Shown here in pieces: positions 23,896 to 36,575 of a stretch of DNA of 64,000 nt. The notes under the pieces are model-generated. The model was not told the DNA's origin. It ran no database searches and saw only the letters and a list, made by a program, of their open reading frames with translations. The DNA comes from Malacoraja senta (lineage: Eukaryota): contig CM075993.1 in the NCBI GenBank assembly GCA_038087875.1, forward strand, positions 10,356,001-10,420,000. The letters run 5' to 3'. The translations under genes and the position numbers were made by a program. Each line of letters opens with the position of its first letter. Position 1 is the first letter of the stretch.

Positions 23896-24347
23896 CATAT
23901 CCATCAATGGGCTTGCACTGTTTGCACTGAAGTTAAGATCAGTTGCTTTCCTGAACTTAATGGCGTTGGTTCCTTTTAGCAGTTTCCAGCACATCCGAAC
24001 ACATTACGTCCTGGGTGCTCCCTACTCAAGGAGATGAAACTTAATTTCCTGAGAACGTCATCCACCATGAGCACAGTGATTTTCCCAGGTTGATGATTAT
24101 TGCTGTAATAATCAGCGACTGGAAAATTGTACACTTGTGTTGTTCAGTGTTCCACATGCTCTACGTCAGTTGGAATAACTTGCACTCCCTGGAGATGCAG
24201 ATTGTGTGTGATTGTGCACACTCCACCCTTAATGGGTAAAGCATGCTGAAGTTGCTTATCATGTGCATAGCATTGTCCATAAGAATGTCCTCATCTTATT
24301 TTAGTTGCTGCAGCAATTGGATTCATGGCTCCAGGGTGAGAGCAGCG

Positions 24348-24488
24348 ATTCTTCAGACTGGAAGAAGGGTCTCGACCTGAAACGTCACCCATTCCTTCTC
24401 TCCAGAGATGCTGCCTGTCCCGCTGAGTTACTCCAGCTTTTTGTGTCTATCTTTGGTTTAAACCAGCATCTGCAGTTCCTTCCTACAT
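24348..24488 (+). mobile_element. Penelope terminal-repeat solo copy
   Basis: gaagaagggtctcgacctgaaacgtcacccattccttctctccagagatgctgcc...gagttactccagc. Confidence 0.75.
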
Positions 24489-25019
24489 ATTCTTGTTGCC
24501 ATGGTGTCTCACCTCAGGGCAGCATCTGGGAATTTCTATTTAAAAGTGTAGCCATGAGGTCATGGAAGTGTTGTCAGGGCTTGCCATTATCCCTCCTGTT
24601 CAGTCCATAATCTCAGGGCTGCTGCACAGATGCAGTCTAGTTTAGTTTATTCTCACGTGTACCAATGTACAGTTGAAAGCTTTTGTTGCGTGCTAACCAA
24701 CCAGAGGAAAGACTATACCTGATTAGGGTTGAGCCGTCCACACTATACAGATACATGATAAAGGGAATCGCTCGAATGTAGCGTGACTTCAGTATTATTT
24801 AGACATACTGAATATTATTTAACTTGGTTTTATTTAACCAGTCACTGATGCTGGCAATTGCAGGCCTCCTTCCTACATATGGTGAGAGATTTGTATGCGG
24901 GGTATTGTGATAAAAATGTTGGCTAGCAGCCCATTTGTTGGCAGATGGATAAAATAGCAATGCTGGAAGAACTGTGCAGATAAAGCAGCATTTGTGGAGG
25001 CAGAGGGATGGTCAATATT

Positions 25020-26050
25020 TTGATTTGATTTGATTTGATTTGATTTTTACTTTATTAATCCCCTTATTCAGGGGAAATTCTGATGTCCTTGCAGCACACT
25101 AATAAAAATACAACATAGCATTAAGAAGTTTAACATTAAACATAAAAACATCCCCCCACAATGGTTCCCACTGTGGGGGAAGGCACACAGTCCAGTCCCC
25201 ATCCCCATGTCCACCCATAGTCGGGCCTATTGAGGCCTCCACATTCGCCACTACGGAGGCCCGATGTTCCTGGCCGTTCTCGCCGGGTGATGGTACTCCG
25301 GCGTCGGGAGAACCCTCTCAGCGGCTTGGGGTGCCAGGAACGGACGCCTTCTTACTGGAGACCGCGGCTTCCAAGCCAACAGGCCGCTCTGGACGGAGCT
25401 GCACATACTGGCGATCTCGGCGAGAGATCCCAGGCTCCGCGATGTTAAAGTCAGCGCCGCCGCCCGCAGCTGGCCGCTCCACAGACCCGCGATGTTTTCA
25501 CCGGCGGTCCCCGCAGCTGGCCGCTCCACAGACCCGCGATGTTTTCACCGGCGGTCCCCGCAGCTGGCCGCTCCACAGACCCGCGATGTTTTCACCGGCG
25601 GTCCCCGCAGCTGGCCGCTCCACAGACCCGCGATGTTTTCACCGGCGGTCCCCGCAGCTGGCCGCTCCACAGACCCGCGGCTCCGCGATGTTTTTGTCGG
25701 CGGTTCCAGCGTGGCGACCCAGACAAGGCATCGCCCGCTCCGCGATAGCGCTCCAGCGCTGTGCCGCCGCCGAAGCCGAGGTTCTGGCCAGGTCCCCCCA
25801 GGAAACGCCGCTCCAGGCCCCGCTGGTAGGCCGTGAGGACGGGTCGAAGGCGCTGTTCGGAGGAAGGCAACCCCTCCGACCAGGTAGGGACTTGAAAAGC
25901 AGTTTCCCCCTTCCCCCCCACCACCCCCCACACATAAAAAGATTAGGCCCCCTGACTGCACACTCAACGTACTAAAAATAATAAAAAAAGAAGGGAAAAA
26001 AACGGACAGCTGCAGGACAGGCAGCCGTTCTGGACAGCGCCTCCTCCGGT
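25020..26050 (-). mobile_element. Young GC-rich non-autonomous retroelement with Rex1-like tail
   Basis: Minus-strand 3' end aatttcccctgaataaggggattaataaagt plus (AAATC)n; CpG-rich body with no RT. Confidence 0.65.
25463..25679. repeat. 47-bp minisatellite, 4.6 identical copies
   Basis: Unit CCCGCAGCTGGCCGCTCCACAGACCCGCGATGTTTTCACCGGCGGTC. Confidence 0.95.
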
Positions 26051-28114
26051 GATACTGCATCAGGACTACTTTACTAGTGGAGTCCCTGCAGCAGTTTGTT
26101 TTGCTTTGGATTTCACCATCTGCAGTCTACTGTGTCTCTGGGCAGATGGGATTTGGACCTATTTCTGCTGCTCCTTGCAACACATTAAGTCTCCAAGCCC
26201 TTTCCTGCACTAAGAGTAGGGCCTTGGGACATCACCTGCTACTGAGCTCCTGGGCCATTGTGTCTATAATTTAGCCTTTACTGACTGTCTAGATCACCTG
26301 TGTACAGAATCTCTCCCCAATCTTCCATCTCTCTGCCAAGATATCTGATAAACATTTGTATAGCAAGGTGCCTGTTCCTATGTGATTATAGGCCAAGCTG
26401 TGCAGTGATTTCCAATGGTGATTGGTTTTGGGAATGCCTTCTCTTTAAGAGATGCACGAATAATGTGAATGAATGCAAATTGGTTCTGGATGGTGTGAGA
26501 TGCTTCTAAAATGGTGATTTTCTATGAGGCAGAGATCCAGGGTCTCATGATTGAGGTATATAGAATTATGAGCATAGATAAGGTTGAAGGCAGGAAAATG
26601 TTCACCTTATCAGAAGGGAATTAAACCTGAGGACATAGATTTAGGGTAAGGGGTAAGAGATTGAGAGGGGTTCATAAGGGGCACCTTTTAAAACCCGGAG
26701 AGTGGTGAGTACCTGGAACACATAAGAAAGGGTGGTGGAAGCTGAGATGCTGATAGTATTTTACAAATGTCAGAATGAACTCTTGAATCACGGATGCATA
26801 AGTGGCCGTGGGCCAAGTGCTGGAAGATGGCGTTCATATGGATGGGCAACCGCTGGTCAGCATGGATCTGGTGAGCCAAATGGCCTGTTTCCATGCTATG
26901 TGTCTAATGTGGAATAACATGGAAAATATTACAGATGATTCTTCCTGAACATAAGTTCTTGCATATGATATGTAAATGAAAATTACACAATAACAACACC
27001 CATATAATTTGGGTGTGTCTTTCAATGAACGGGTCATTTCAATATTTCTCAATGTGTGAAACTGACAAAAATAATAGAATAATCCAAGCAGCATTTATAG
27101 AAAGGAAAAACAGTTAATGTTTCGTCAGAAGCAAATTCCACATTGTCGCTTAACTAACTGGCTGAATTCTTCCAACATTTCTGTTTTTGTTTCCGATTCC
27201 AACACTTGCTGTTTTATTTGATTTCATATGATTTTTTCCCCCCTTATGTATCATTTTATTTCACGTTGAAATCCTTTTTCACCAATTACAAAATCCAGAT
27301 GTGAGGAATGATGTTCTAAAAGACAAGTAAATTAAATGTACTAATTTGCTCTTGCCCTCTGTTACAGTTGCAACCTCAAAAATTAGTATTTGGAAGACTT
27401 GATAAATTCCTTTTATAACTATGCCGACCGTTGACATTGATACTTAGATACTTTTGGAAAATGTATTTATAGCAGCCTGTGGAATGTGATCATATTCCCA
27501 ATATAGATGTTGGAGCACCAGACCTTAAGATTCTTTCAAATCATTATTTTTGAAATTATTATATTTGCCATCCTCCAGCCTTTTTGAATTGGGGTCAATC
27601 AAATAAAATCAGCATATTAATACTGTTGGACTTTGCGTTTGTTTGCAGTTGACCAAGCAGCATTACCGATACCGGTATAGTTCATTTATTATTGTAGATA
27701 ATGTAGCCTTATGCACGAAAATTAGAAGTTATACACCGATCCTGTGTAAGGTGGACCGGGCACTGCTCCATAAGACCTATCGGGTGGACAGAATTTTGGA
27801 ATTGGCTCGGTCTGATCAGTCTGAAGAAGACTTTCAACCCGAAAGTACTATTGAACTATTATTGAATGTATCTGTTCATCTTTCCCATTTGCCTTTTACC
27901 TTTGTTTTCCTGTTTGATCTGTGATACAGTGTTTACATCTTGATTATCACATGACGAGATTGAGTTACAGTATATATTTACACTGCCACTCTAACCACGT
28001 TTTTGTACAACAATTTGGAAACTGTCTTTTGAATATTTTATTTTGATGGTAAATATGCGTTTCAAATTTAAAAACAGTGAAGCCATATTAATTTAATTTT
28101 TTTGTTTTAAATAG

Positions 28115-28258
28115 GCCATGGTGATAGCAATAGTCGTAACATCCCCACCTTGGTGAAGGATATAAGCAATGTAGGTGAAGTGTCTTGTGGAAGCTCGCAC
28201 ACCATTGCGTTATCTAAAGATGGACGAACAGCATGGTCTTTTGGAGGAGGTGACAATG
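28115..28258 (+). CDS. HERC1: HERC1 exon (144 bp), RCC1 repeat
   Basis: aaatAG / GHGDSNSRNIPTLVKDISNVGEVSCGSSHTIALSKDGRTAWSFGGGDN-G / GTAAGT. Confidence 0.96.
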
Positions 28259-28626
28259 GTAAGTAATATTCTTACTGCAATCAGCTTCTGGAATAATAAA
28301 TTGTGATGGAACGATTGTTTCAGAAAATGTGTCTCAAATATAATCATTGGATGTGTCCTTTAGTCATGAATTAATACTGTACAAAAACTGGCCCCTCAGC
28401 CCACCATAGCTATCCCAATCATCAACTATCTCTATGTGCTAATCCCATTTACCACCACTTAAGCTGTAGCCTTCTATGCATTGGCGATTCCAGATACTAA
28501 TACAGTACAGTATTAATTCATGACTAAAGGACACATCCAATGATTATACTTGTTCAATGTAGTGAGAGTGCCTACCGCCACACCCAGTCAAGCCATGCAT
28601 TCGAAATTCCAATCAGCCTTGTGGGG

Positions 28627-28940
28627 AATAGGCAATAGGTGCAGGAGTAGGCCATTCAGCCCTTCGACCCAGCACCGCCATTCAATGTGATCATGGCTGA
28701 TCATCCCCCATCAGTACCCCGTTCCTGCCTTCTCCCCATGTCCCCTGACTCCGCTATCTTTAAGAGCCCTCTCTTAAAAGTATCCAGAGAACCGGCCTCC
28801 ACTGCCCTCTGAGGCAGAGAATTCCATAGACTCACAACTGTGTGAAAAAGTGTTTCCTCATATCCGTTCTAAATGGCTTACCCCTTATTCTTAAACTGTG
28901 GCCCCTGGTTCTGGACTCCCCCAACATCGGGAAAAGGTTC
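28627..28940 (-). mobile_element. CR1 LINE 3' end
   Basis: Reverse complement of the 17966-18212 type 3' end. Confidence 0.85.
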
Positions 28941-28984
28941 ATCAGATCCCTTTAAACCCTTTACCCTAAACCGATGCCCTCAGC

Positions 28985-29502
28985 TATCTGGACTGCACTT
29001 CTTCCCACCCTGCTTCCTGTAAGGACTCCCAATTCCTCCGTCTACGCCTCATCTGCACCCAGGATGAGGTGTTCCAGACCAGGGCATCGGAGATGTCCTC
29101 ATTCTTTAGGGAACAGGGGTTCCCCTCTTCTATTATAGATGAGACTCTCACCAGGGTCACCTCTATATCCTGCAACTCTGCTATTACTCCCCATTCCCCC
29201 TACATGTAACAAGGACAGAGTCCCCCTTGTCCTCGCCATCCACCATACCAGCCGTTGCATACAACATATAATCCTCCGACATTTTCGCCACCTCCAACAG
29301 GATCCTACCACTGGCCACATCTTCCCATCTCCTCCCCTTTCTGCTTTCCACAGAGACTGTTCACCGTAACTCCCTAGTAAGTTCGTCCCTTCCCACCCAA
29401 ACCACACCCTCCCCGGGTACTTTCCCTTGCAACTGCAGGAAATGCTAGACTTGTCGCTTTACCTCCCCGCCTGCTGAGTTCCTCCAGCATTTTTGTCTAC
29501 CC
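28985..29502 (+). mobile_element. Internally deleted Penelope-like fragment
   Basis: Similar to 19450-19920 (NKDRVPLVL...QDPTTGHIFPSPP), then jumps to the terminal repeat end. Confidence 0.82.
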
Positions 29503-31545
29503 TCTAGTTCTAGATATCTTTGCTATGAAAAGTTTCCTTCCAACTATTGTAAAGGTGGCTCACTTAATTTGTTCCTCTCTGTCAGGTTAACCCTCTACCT
29601 CCTCTGCTCAAAGGAAAATTATTTCTGTTTCGTCTATTTAGTCTCTCGTAACTGCTATACTCCATCCCACTGAAGAGTGTACAGAGGAGATTCTCGGGGC
29701 TGCACCCTCAACCTAAATCTCCTCTGCACCCTCTCAGTGCAATGATGTCTTTCCTGTGACGTGGTGACCACAAATGTACATAGTTCTCCACTGCGGTGTA
29801 AGTAATGTTTAAACTTCCTGCTCCTATATTCTGTGCCCTGTCTAATAAAGAGAAATCTCCCTCCCGTACGCTGCCTTCACCATCCTATCCACCTGTGCTG
29901 CTGTTTTCAGGAAACCTTGGAGTTGTACACTGAGGTCCTCAATATTCCACAGAGCCCTCTATGGAGTACTCTATTAATTGAGTACTCTACTTGGTTGATT
30001 ACGTTTCATATGCAGTGTATAAAATTCTAAGCATAATCAAGTTTAATCACTACTTTGTTTCTGCTGCAAGGTTTGAGATACATTAAAGAAACCATAATAA
30101 AGAGCAGGATTATGCAGATATCGGGATCTTAAGGATCATTTTGTGCCACATTTACCAGCATTTCTGTGTTAGTGCAGGGTAGCTGCAAGAATGTGCAGTA
30201 ATGTCAAATGGCATCTGCACAGCCTCAAACGATCTGTCATATAGAACCTCCAACATAAATCAATACAGCGGTCCTGACCCTCGGATTATTTTTAATCGGA
30301 CTTCGCTGGACTTGCACTGAACGATATTCCATTTATCCTGTATCTGTACCCTGTGGATGGCTTGATTGCAATCATGTATATTTTTTAACGCAACAAAAAT
30401 TATTTTCACCATACCTCGGTACATGTGACAATAATAAACCAAACTACAGCACAGGAGTAGGCTCTTTGGCCCACGATGTCTGTGCTGAACATGATGCCAA
30501 GGCCAACTCCTTATCTGCTGTTCAGAATCCATGTCCCTCCATTCCCTGCATAAAGCCTCTGAAATGAAGGTGGCAGTTTCTTCAACCTTCCATCAACAGT
30601 TTTGGATTCTTTTATTTATAACTGGTGATTGGGATGCTCATGGAGCTGCATCCTCCACATACCCTCCAGAGATGCTGCTTGACCCACTTAGTTACTCAAG
30701 CACTTTGTCTTTTTTCTGTCAACCAGCAACGGCACTTCATTGTATCCTCCACACACTTGTTTAATGGTCCATCGCCATCCATAACCAAATCTGATTGTTT
30801 AGTCCTTTGGGGCCTTTTATCTTTGTTTAGTATGCATGTCTTTTAGCTTCACAGGGTTGGCACTTTATCTTTGGATGTGCCTGGTGCTGCTCCTAGTATG
30901 CTTTTCTACTCTTTTCATGAAATCCTATTTAGCACGGGGTAATACCACATAACACAGTGGAGGTGTGTTCTTATTATGAGTGTTTCATCTGCAACGATTG
31001 GGTGCTGGACTGATGCACCTGCAATAAGTAGATTATTTTTGTCTCCTAATTTATTTTTCTCTTGCTGCCATTACTGCTGACACCGAACCATTCTTGGTGA
31101 TGGACATTGAAGCTCCCTCCCAGAGTCTGTTGCATGACCATGGTGCGGCTTCTTGCGTGGAACTCAATATGAATACTGCTTCATCAGCTGAGGGAGTGTG
31201 TTAATTGGGAAGGTTCTTTGCTCATGTTTGACACAAGGCTGAAAACTTCATTGGCTGAGGAATTGAAGTGGTGGTCTTGGAGAATTGCCCCGCTCGTACC
31301 CCTAACTAAGTATCACTCTGCACGTTTGAGGCAGTTGAAACAGCAAAGGCAATGAGGGAGTTTGGAGTGTTGGTGATGACATACATTTCTTAGAGTTGTC
31401 AGGCTTCACTAATTATTGTAGAACACTACCTACCACTGTTTCCATTCTCTCAATAAAGCCAGATTGTCTTTGTTTCTTTGTCTCAACAGATTTGTATATC
31501 TACAAATTGTTGTAGTTAATTAATTATCTTGATTTATCTCGCTAG

Positions 31546-31673
31546 GTAAACTGGGTCACGGTGATACGAATCGAGTTTATAAACCCAAGGTTATTGAAGC
31601 CTTGCAAGGAATGTTCATTCGGAAAATCTGTGCTGGGAGCCAGTCTTCACTTGCTTTGACATCAACTGGCCAG
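31546..31673 (+). CDS. HERC1: HERC1 exon (128 bp), RCC1 repeat
   Basis: ctcgctAG / GKLGHGDTNRVYKPKVIEALQGMFIRKICAGSQSSLALTSTGQ / GTTTGT. Confidence 0.96.
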
Positions 31674-31779
31674 GTTTGTTCTTTTGAATAGCCCTCTTAT
31701 TGCAGTTGACTTGGCTTTCAGAATGATCTTGTAAATGGTGAGTAGTGATGCTTTGCTAAAATCTTTGTTTAGAAATAAT

Positions 31780-32065
31780 TTAGAGAGACAATGTGGAAGC
31801 AGTCCCTTCGGCCCACCAAGTCCATGCCAACTATCGATCGCTTATACACTAGTTCTATGTCCTACACACTAGGGGGCATTTCACAGAAGCCAATTAATCT
31901 TCAAACCTGCACATCTTTGGGATGTGGGAGGAAACCGGAGCAGCCTGAGAAAACCCACGTGTTCATGGAGAATGTACAAATTCTGCACAGACGCTACCTG
32001 TAGTTGGAATTGAACCCGGGTCTTTAGTGCTGTGAGGCAGCAGCTCTATTGCTGCTCCGCTGTGT
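31780..32065 (-). mobile_element. HE1-like V-SINE
   Basis: gggatgtgggaggaaaccggagca...gaacccgggtct...ctgtgaggcagcagctct. Confidence 0.8.
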
Positions 32066-32754
32066 CAAGAAGCATGGAAATATGTTTGGAAGATAGACAG
32101 CATGACAAGGTGGTATCCCAGCTGTACAATGGCCTATAAAAATATCAGCGATGAGCATGGAGGTCAAAAATATATTACAGAAATGGTGATTTTTAACATA
32201 TTAAAAGAAATTTAAATGATAATGTAGTCAATGTCTTTAGTAGCACGACATTGGTCTTTGAATTAAATTCTATAAAATAAACGTAGTTTTCCATATATGC
32301 ACAGTTCAATCTTCAGCAAAGTTGCTTCCCTTCATATAATTATCTCTGCTTGATTTGTTGATATTTAATTTTCTTTATTGCACTCGCATTGTTTTTGGAA
32401 AATATTCTATTCTCTTTAACTCTTCCACTTTTCCCATTGTCTTTTTCTCACTTTATTCATCGTGCAGTTTATTTGTTTTCAGATTAGATTCTGGAAATTT
32501 AAAACAACATCAATTTGTTTTTTCTTCCTTCCTTTTAACTCATTTAAAATTTCTAGTAAAATTACCTGTTTACTGAAAAGGGGTCGACCCGAAACGTCGC
32601 TTATTCTTTTTCACCAGAGATGCTGCCTGACTCGCTGAGTTACTCCAGCATTTTGTGTCCATCTGTTTACTCTGTTTTCATTTCCAAGTCTGTGGCCATA
32701 CTTTAGGGTGAGAAATCAGGGAGTAGGTCGAGAAGAACTCTGCCAATTCCCTGT

Positions 32755-33122
32755 TTGAGTTTAGTTTATTGTCATGTGTACCGAGGTACAGTGAAAAACT
32801 TTGGTGTGCTAACCAGTCAGCAGAAAGACAATACATGATTGCAATCGAGCCATCCACAGTGTACAGATACATGATAAAGGGAATAACGTGAATAATGTTT
32901 AGCGCAAGATAAAGCCAATAAAGTCCGATCAAAGATAGTCCGACAGTCCGCAGGGTGGTTCAGTTGCCTGATAACAGCTGGGAAGAAACTTCCCCCTGAA
33001 CCTGAAGGTGTGCATTTTCACACTTCTCTACCTTTTGCCTGATGGGAGAGGGGGAAAGAGGGAGTGGCCTGGGAGCAACTCGTCCTTGGCTATGCTGCTG
33101 GCCTTGCCGAAGCAGCATGAGG
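32755..33122 (-). mobile_element. Rex1-derived 3' fragment
   Basis: tttattgtcatgtgtaccgaggtacagtg tail and cctgatgggagagggg (LPSG in reverse); related copies at ~24640, ~30270 and ~35475. Confidence 0.6.
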
Positions 33123-33340
33123 AATTAGTATGTCATAAACCTGTGGGTTTGGTAATTTTTTGTTTATTCCTTTATGGCTCTTTGGACATCATTGACAAGG
33201 CCAGCATTTCTTTGCAACCCTAATTGTCCTTGTATTGACTGACTTGCTATGCTATTTCAGAAGGCAATTAAGAATCAACTACAGTGTAGGGCCTGGAGCC
33301 AAACAAAGGACAGATCAGCTGAGGGTGACAGATTTTCTAA

Positions 33341-33658
33341 AAGCCCTGTCCCACTACGAGTTCATTCAAGAGTTCTCCCGAGTTTGCCCTGATTCGAACT
33401 CGGAGATTTACGGTAATGGCCGCTCATCGGTACTCTGGGCTCTCGTGGACATTTTTCAACATGTTGAAAAATCTTCACGAGTCTTCCCGAGCTTACCGCG
33501 TTTCCCGAGTACCTGCCGTTAGCGTTACGAGCCGCTAAGAGACGTCCCTGAGCTCCGAAGTACCCACTACGTACATTCTACGTGCTTCCACGAGTTTGAT
33601 TATTTTTTTTTAAACTCGGGAGAGCTCTTGAATGTACTCATACAATGGGACAGGGCGT
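33341..33658. mobile_element. PIF/Harbinger-type MITE, subfamily 2
   Basis: TIR AAGCCCTGTCCCA...TGGGACAGGGCGT with TAA/TTA flanks; body similar to 44514-44819. Confidence 0.8.
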
Positions 33659-34256
33659 TTAGTTTGCAAAACTTGCGTTGACCAGAAAGGTAATTCAGAA
33701 AAGGCAGAGAGAGAGAGATAGTTTTTTAGCAAACATTTCTGATAGGGGAGAGTCCAGTGACGGAATCTCTGCATAACTGAGCTTCGAGAGAAGACCCACG
33801 GCAAGAGGGGAAGAGTCGTTTAGCAAGATGGATGAAGAAAGTGCTGAAAACATGGGATGTTTTGGTTGATATGCTCAAACATGTATGAGATGTAGCAATA
33901 TAAGACACGTTTTCAAAAATGTGGCTCCTTGTATATTCTTGGAGAATTGATGTGATACCATTGATCAATTTTCATGGTAGATTAGCCTTGGATTGAATAT
34001 CCTTCCCAAAAATAGCACCTTTTGTTTTGCCCTTGCACAAAGTGCTTCAGGTGTGAGAACTCGAATGAATCAATTTTGTGTTTTGCTCCTCACCACTTTA
34101 GACAGTTTTCTGCTCTATGCTGTTAAAGGAATCAATCAGTTCTACCTCATTCCCTCCTAACAGTGGATATGTAATTCTTGCTGAATTTATTGCTGGTTTA
34201 CCAATCGCCAAAGGTTTTTCTGATTTATTAATTTTTTCAGTGATGTTACCTGAACA

Positions 34257-34490
34257 GGTAGGCAAAAAAGCTGGAGAAACTCAGCGGGTGAGGCAGCATC
34301 TATGGAGCGAAGGAATAGGCAACGTTTCGGGTCGAGACCCTTCTTCAGACTGTCACATCAGTCTGAAGAAGGGTCTCGACCCGAAACGTCGCCTATTCCT
34401 TCGCTCCAAAGATACTGCCTCACCCACTGAGTTTCTCCAGCTTTTTTGTCTACCTTCGATTTTTCCAGCATCTGCAGTTCTTTCTTAAAC
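34257..34490. mobile_element. Palindromic Penelope terminal-repeat element
   Basis: About 95-bp arms in head-to-head inversion (34257-34454) with hammerhead-like cores on both strands. Confidence 0.85.
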
Positions 34491-35024
34491 ATACCTAAAC
34501 AGGTGATCATTTCTAAAGAAGGGTCTCAACCCGAAAAGTCACCCATCATTTTTCTTCAGATATACTGCCTGACCTGCTGAGTTACACCAGCATTTTGTGT
34601 CTATGTTTGGTATAAACCAGCATCTGCAGTTCTTTGTTTCTACATCTTAATCATTTCTTATATTCCAGTTTCAATTTTCCATTTTCCTTCTGACTTGGCT
34701 GCAGCCGAATACCTTGGATAGGTAGCATTAAAACATGCATAATCATTCTTTCAAAACCCATTCTGGTCAAGATTCCAGCATCTGCAGTTTGTTATGTCTC
34801 CATAATCATTCACTTCTGGCCTACCGCAAAGAAAGGTTGTGGGCAATGTAGCGAAGAAATAGGCACCGTCTTTAATTCCTAACTTGTTTGGCAGGTCTGC
34901 AATCATGGCCTACCATGATGTACACAATGTTACAGAAATCATGGAGACTTTGTATTGTAGGAAAAAAGTTGCTTTCTAAATTAATTTAGCAGTGATGTAA
35001 TGTTTGCCGAATTTCACCTTTTAG

Positions 35025-35169
35025 GTATATGCTTGGGGCTGTGGTGCATGTCTCGGATGTGGCTCTTCGGAAGCTACTGCCTTGAGACCCAAACTTATTG
35101 AGGAACTAGCGACAACAAGAATAGTTGACCTCTCGATAGGAGACAGCCACTGTTTGGCGCTTTCACACG
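35025..35169 (+). CDS. HERC1: HERC1 exon (145 bp), RCC1 repeat
   Basis: ccttttAG / VYAWGCGACLGCGSSEATALRPKLIEELATTRIVDLSIGDSHCLALSH-D / GTAAGA. Confidence 0.96.
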
Positions 35170-36102
35170 GTAAGAAGAAGATCTGAATATAAACTAATGT
35201 AATGCTTCTAGATATAATTTCTATTTTAGTGTTTGGATATCTGGTTAAGAACCTTTTTATATCTGGAACTGTAGTTGCTGTCATGAATCTTGGAAAATAT
35301 AAAGCACAACCTTAATGCTTAATTGTTGAGAGCACTGGTACCAACCATCCTCTTTAGTGCTCTACAAGGGAAGTCTTGTGTAATGTTTGCATCTCTTAGT
35401 TGAGATGATGTGATTCCCTCCAATGCAGTATCAGAAGATTTCGAGTGTGATTCCCTCCAATATAAACTCCATTGATACCTGCCTCGGCAAGGCCCCTCCC
35501 CTCTCCCATCGTGCAAAAGATATAGAAGTGTGAAAACACACACCTCCAGATTCTGGCACATTTTCTTCCCAACTGTTATCAGGTAACTGAACCATCCTAC
35601 CGCAACTGGAGAGCACTCCTGAACTATTATGTACCTCATCGGGGATCCGTGGACTATCGTTGATCGGACTTTACTAGCTTTACATTGCATTAAATATTAT
35701 TCCCTTCTCATGTATCTGTTAACTGTGAATGGCTCGATTGCAATCATGTACTGTCATATATAATGGTATATGGACACACTGATCTGTTTTGTAATCAATG
35801 CCTACTATATTCCGTTGTGCACGAAACCAGCAACCATGAATCAGTTAATTCTTCAAAGAACACTGGTGTTTACATACCAAGATGCAATATCATAAAGTAT
35901 ATAATCTGTCCTTTATTTGTTATGCAGGCATTGGCTGCTTTTTATGTACAAATAGGGAATTTCATTTTGTTACTGTAGCTCAGTGCAGACTGACTTACAC
36001 AACCGTTCTTATTCTGGTATGCTCAGCATTTGACCGTGATCATCATATTAATAATGCTTACCATCTTACAGGAATGGTTGAATATAACTGTTCAAAGGAA
36101 TC

Positions 36103-36575
36103 CAGGAAGGAATCCAGGAATGAGTAGGTTAACATATGATGAGCGTTTGTCGGCACTGGGCCTGTACTCACTGGAGTGTACAAGAATGAGGGGGGACCTC
36201 GTTGAAACTTACAGAATAGTGAAGGGCTTGGATAGAGTGGATGTGGAGAGGATGTTTCCACTAGTGGGAGAGTCTTGGACTAGAGGTCATAGCCTCAGAA
36301 TTAAACAAAGTTCTTTTAGGAAGGAGATGAGGAGAAATTTCTTTAGTCAGAGGGTGGTGAATCTGTGGAATTCTTTGCCACAGAGGCTGTGGAGGCCAAG
36401 TCAGTGGATATTTATAAGGCAGAAATAGATAGATATTTAATTAGTACAGGTGTCAAAGGTTATGGGGAGAAGGCAGGAGAATGGGGTTGGGAGGGAGAGG
36501 AAGATCAGCCATGATTGGATGGCGGAGTAGCCTTGATGGGCCGAATGGCCTAAATCTACTATCACTCCTGACCTT
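36103..36575 (+). mobile_element. CR1 LINE 3' fragment
   Basis: ORF 36030-36428 containing LGLYSLE...VVNLWNSLPQ. Confidence 0.88.

Noticed and set aside
25463..25679. CRISPR-like appearance of regular repeats
   Set aside because: The units are contiguous and identical with no unique spacers, in a vertebrate intron
25230..26060. Several overlapping ORFs (up to 214 aa) with repeated peptides
   Set aside because: By-product of a GC-rich 47-bp minisatellite that is open in many frames; no protein motif
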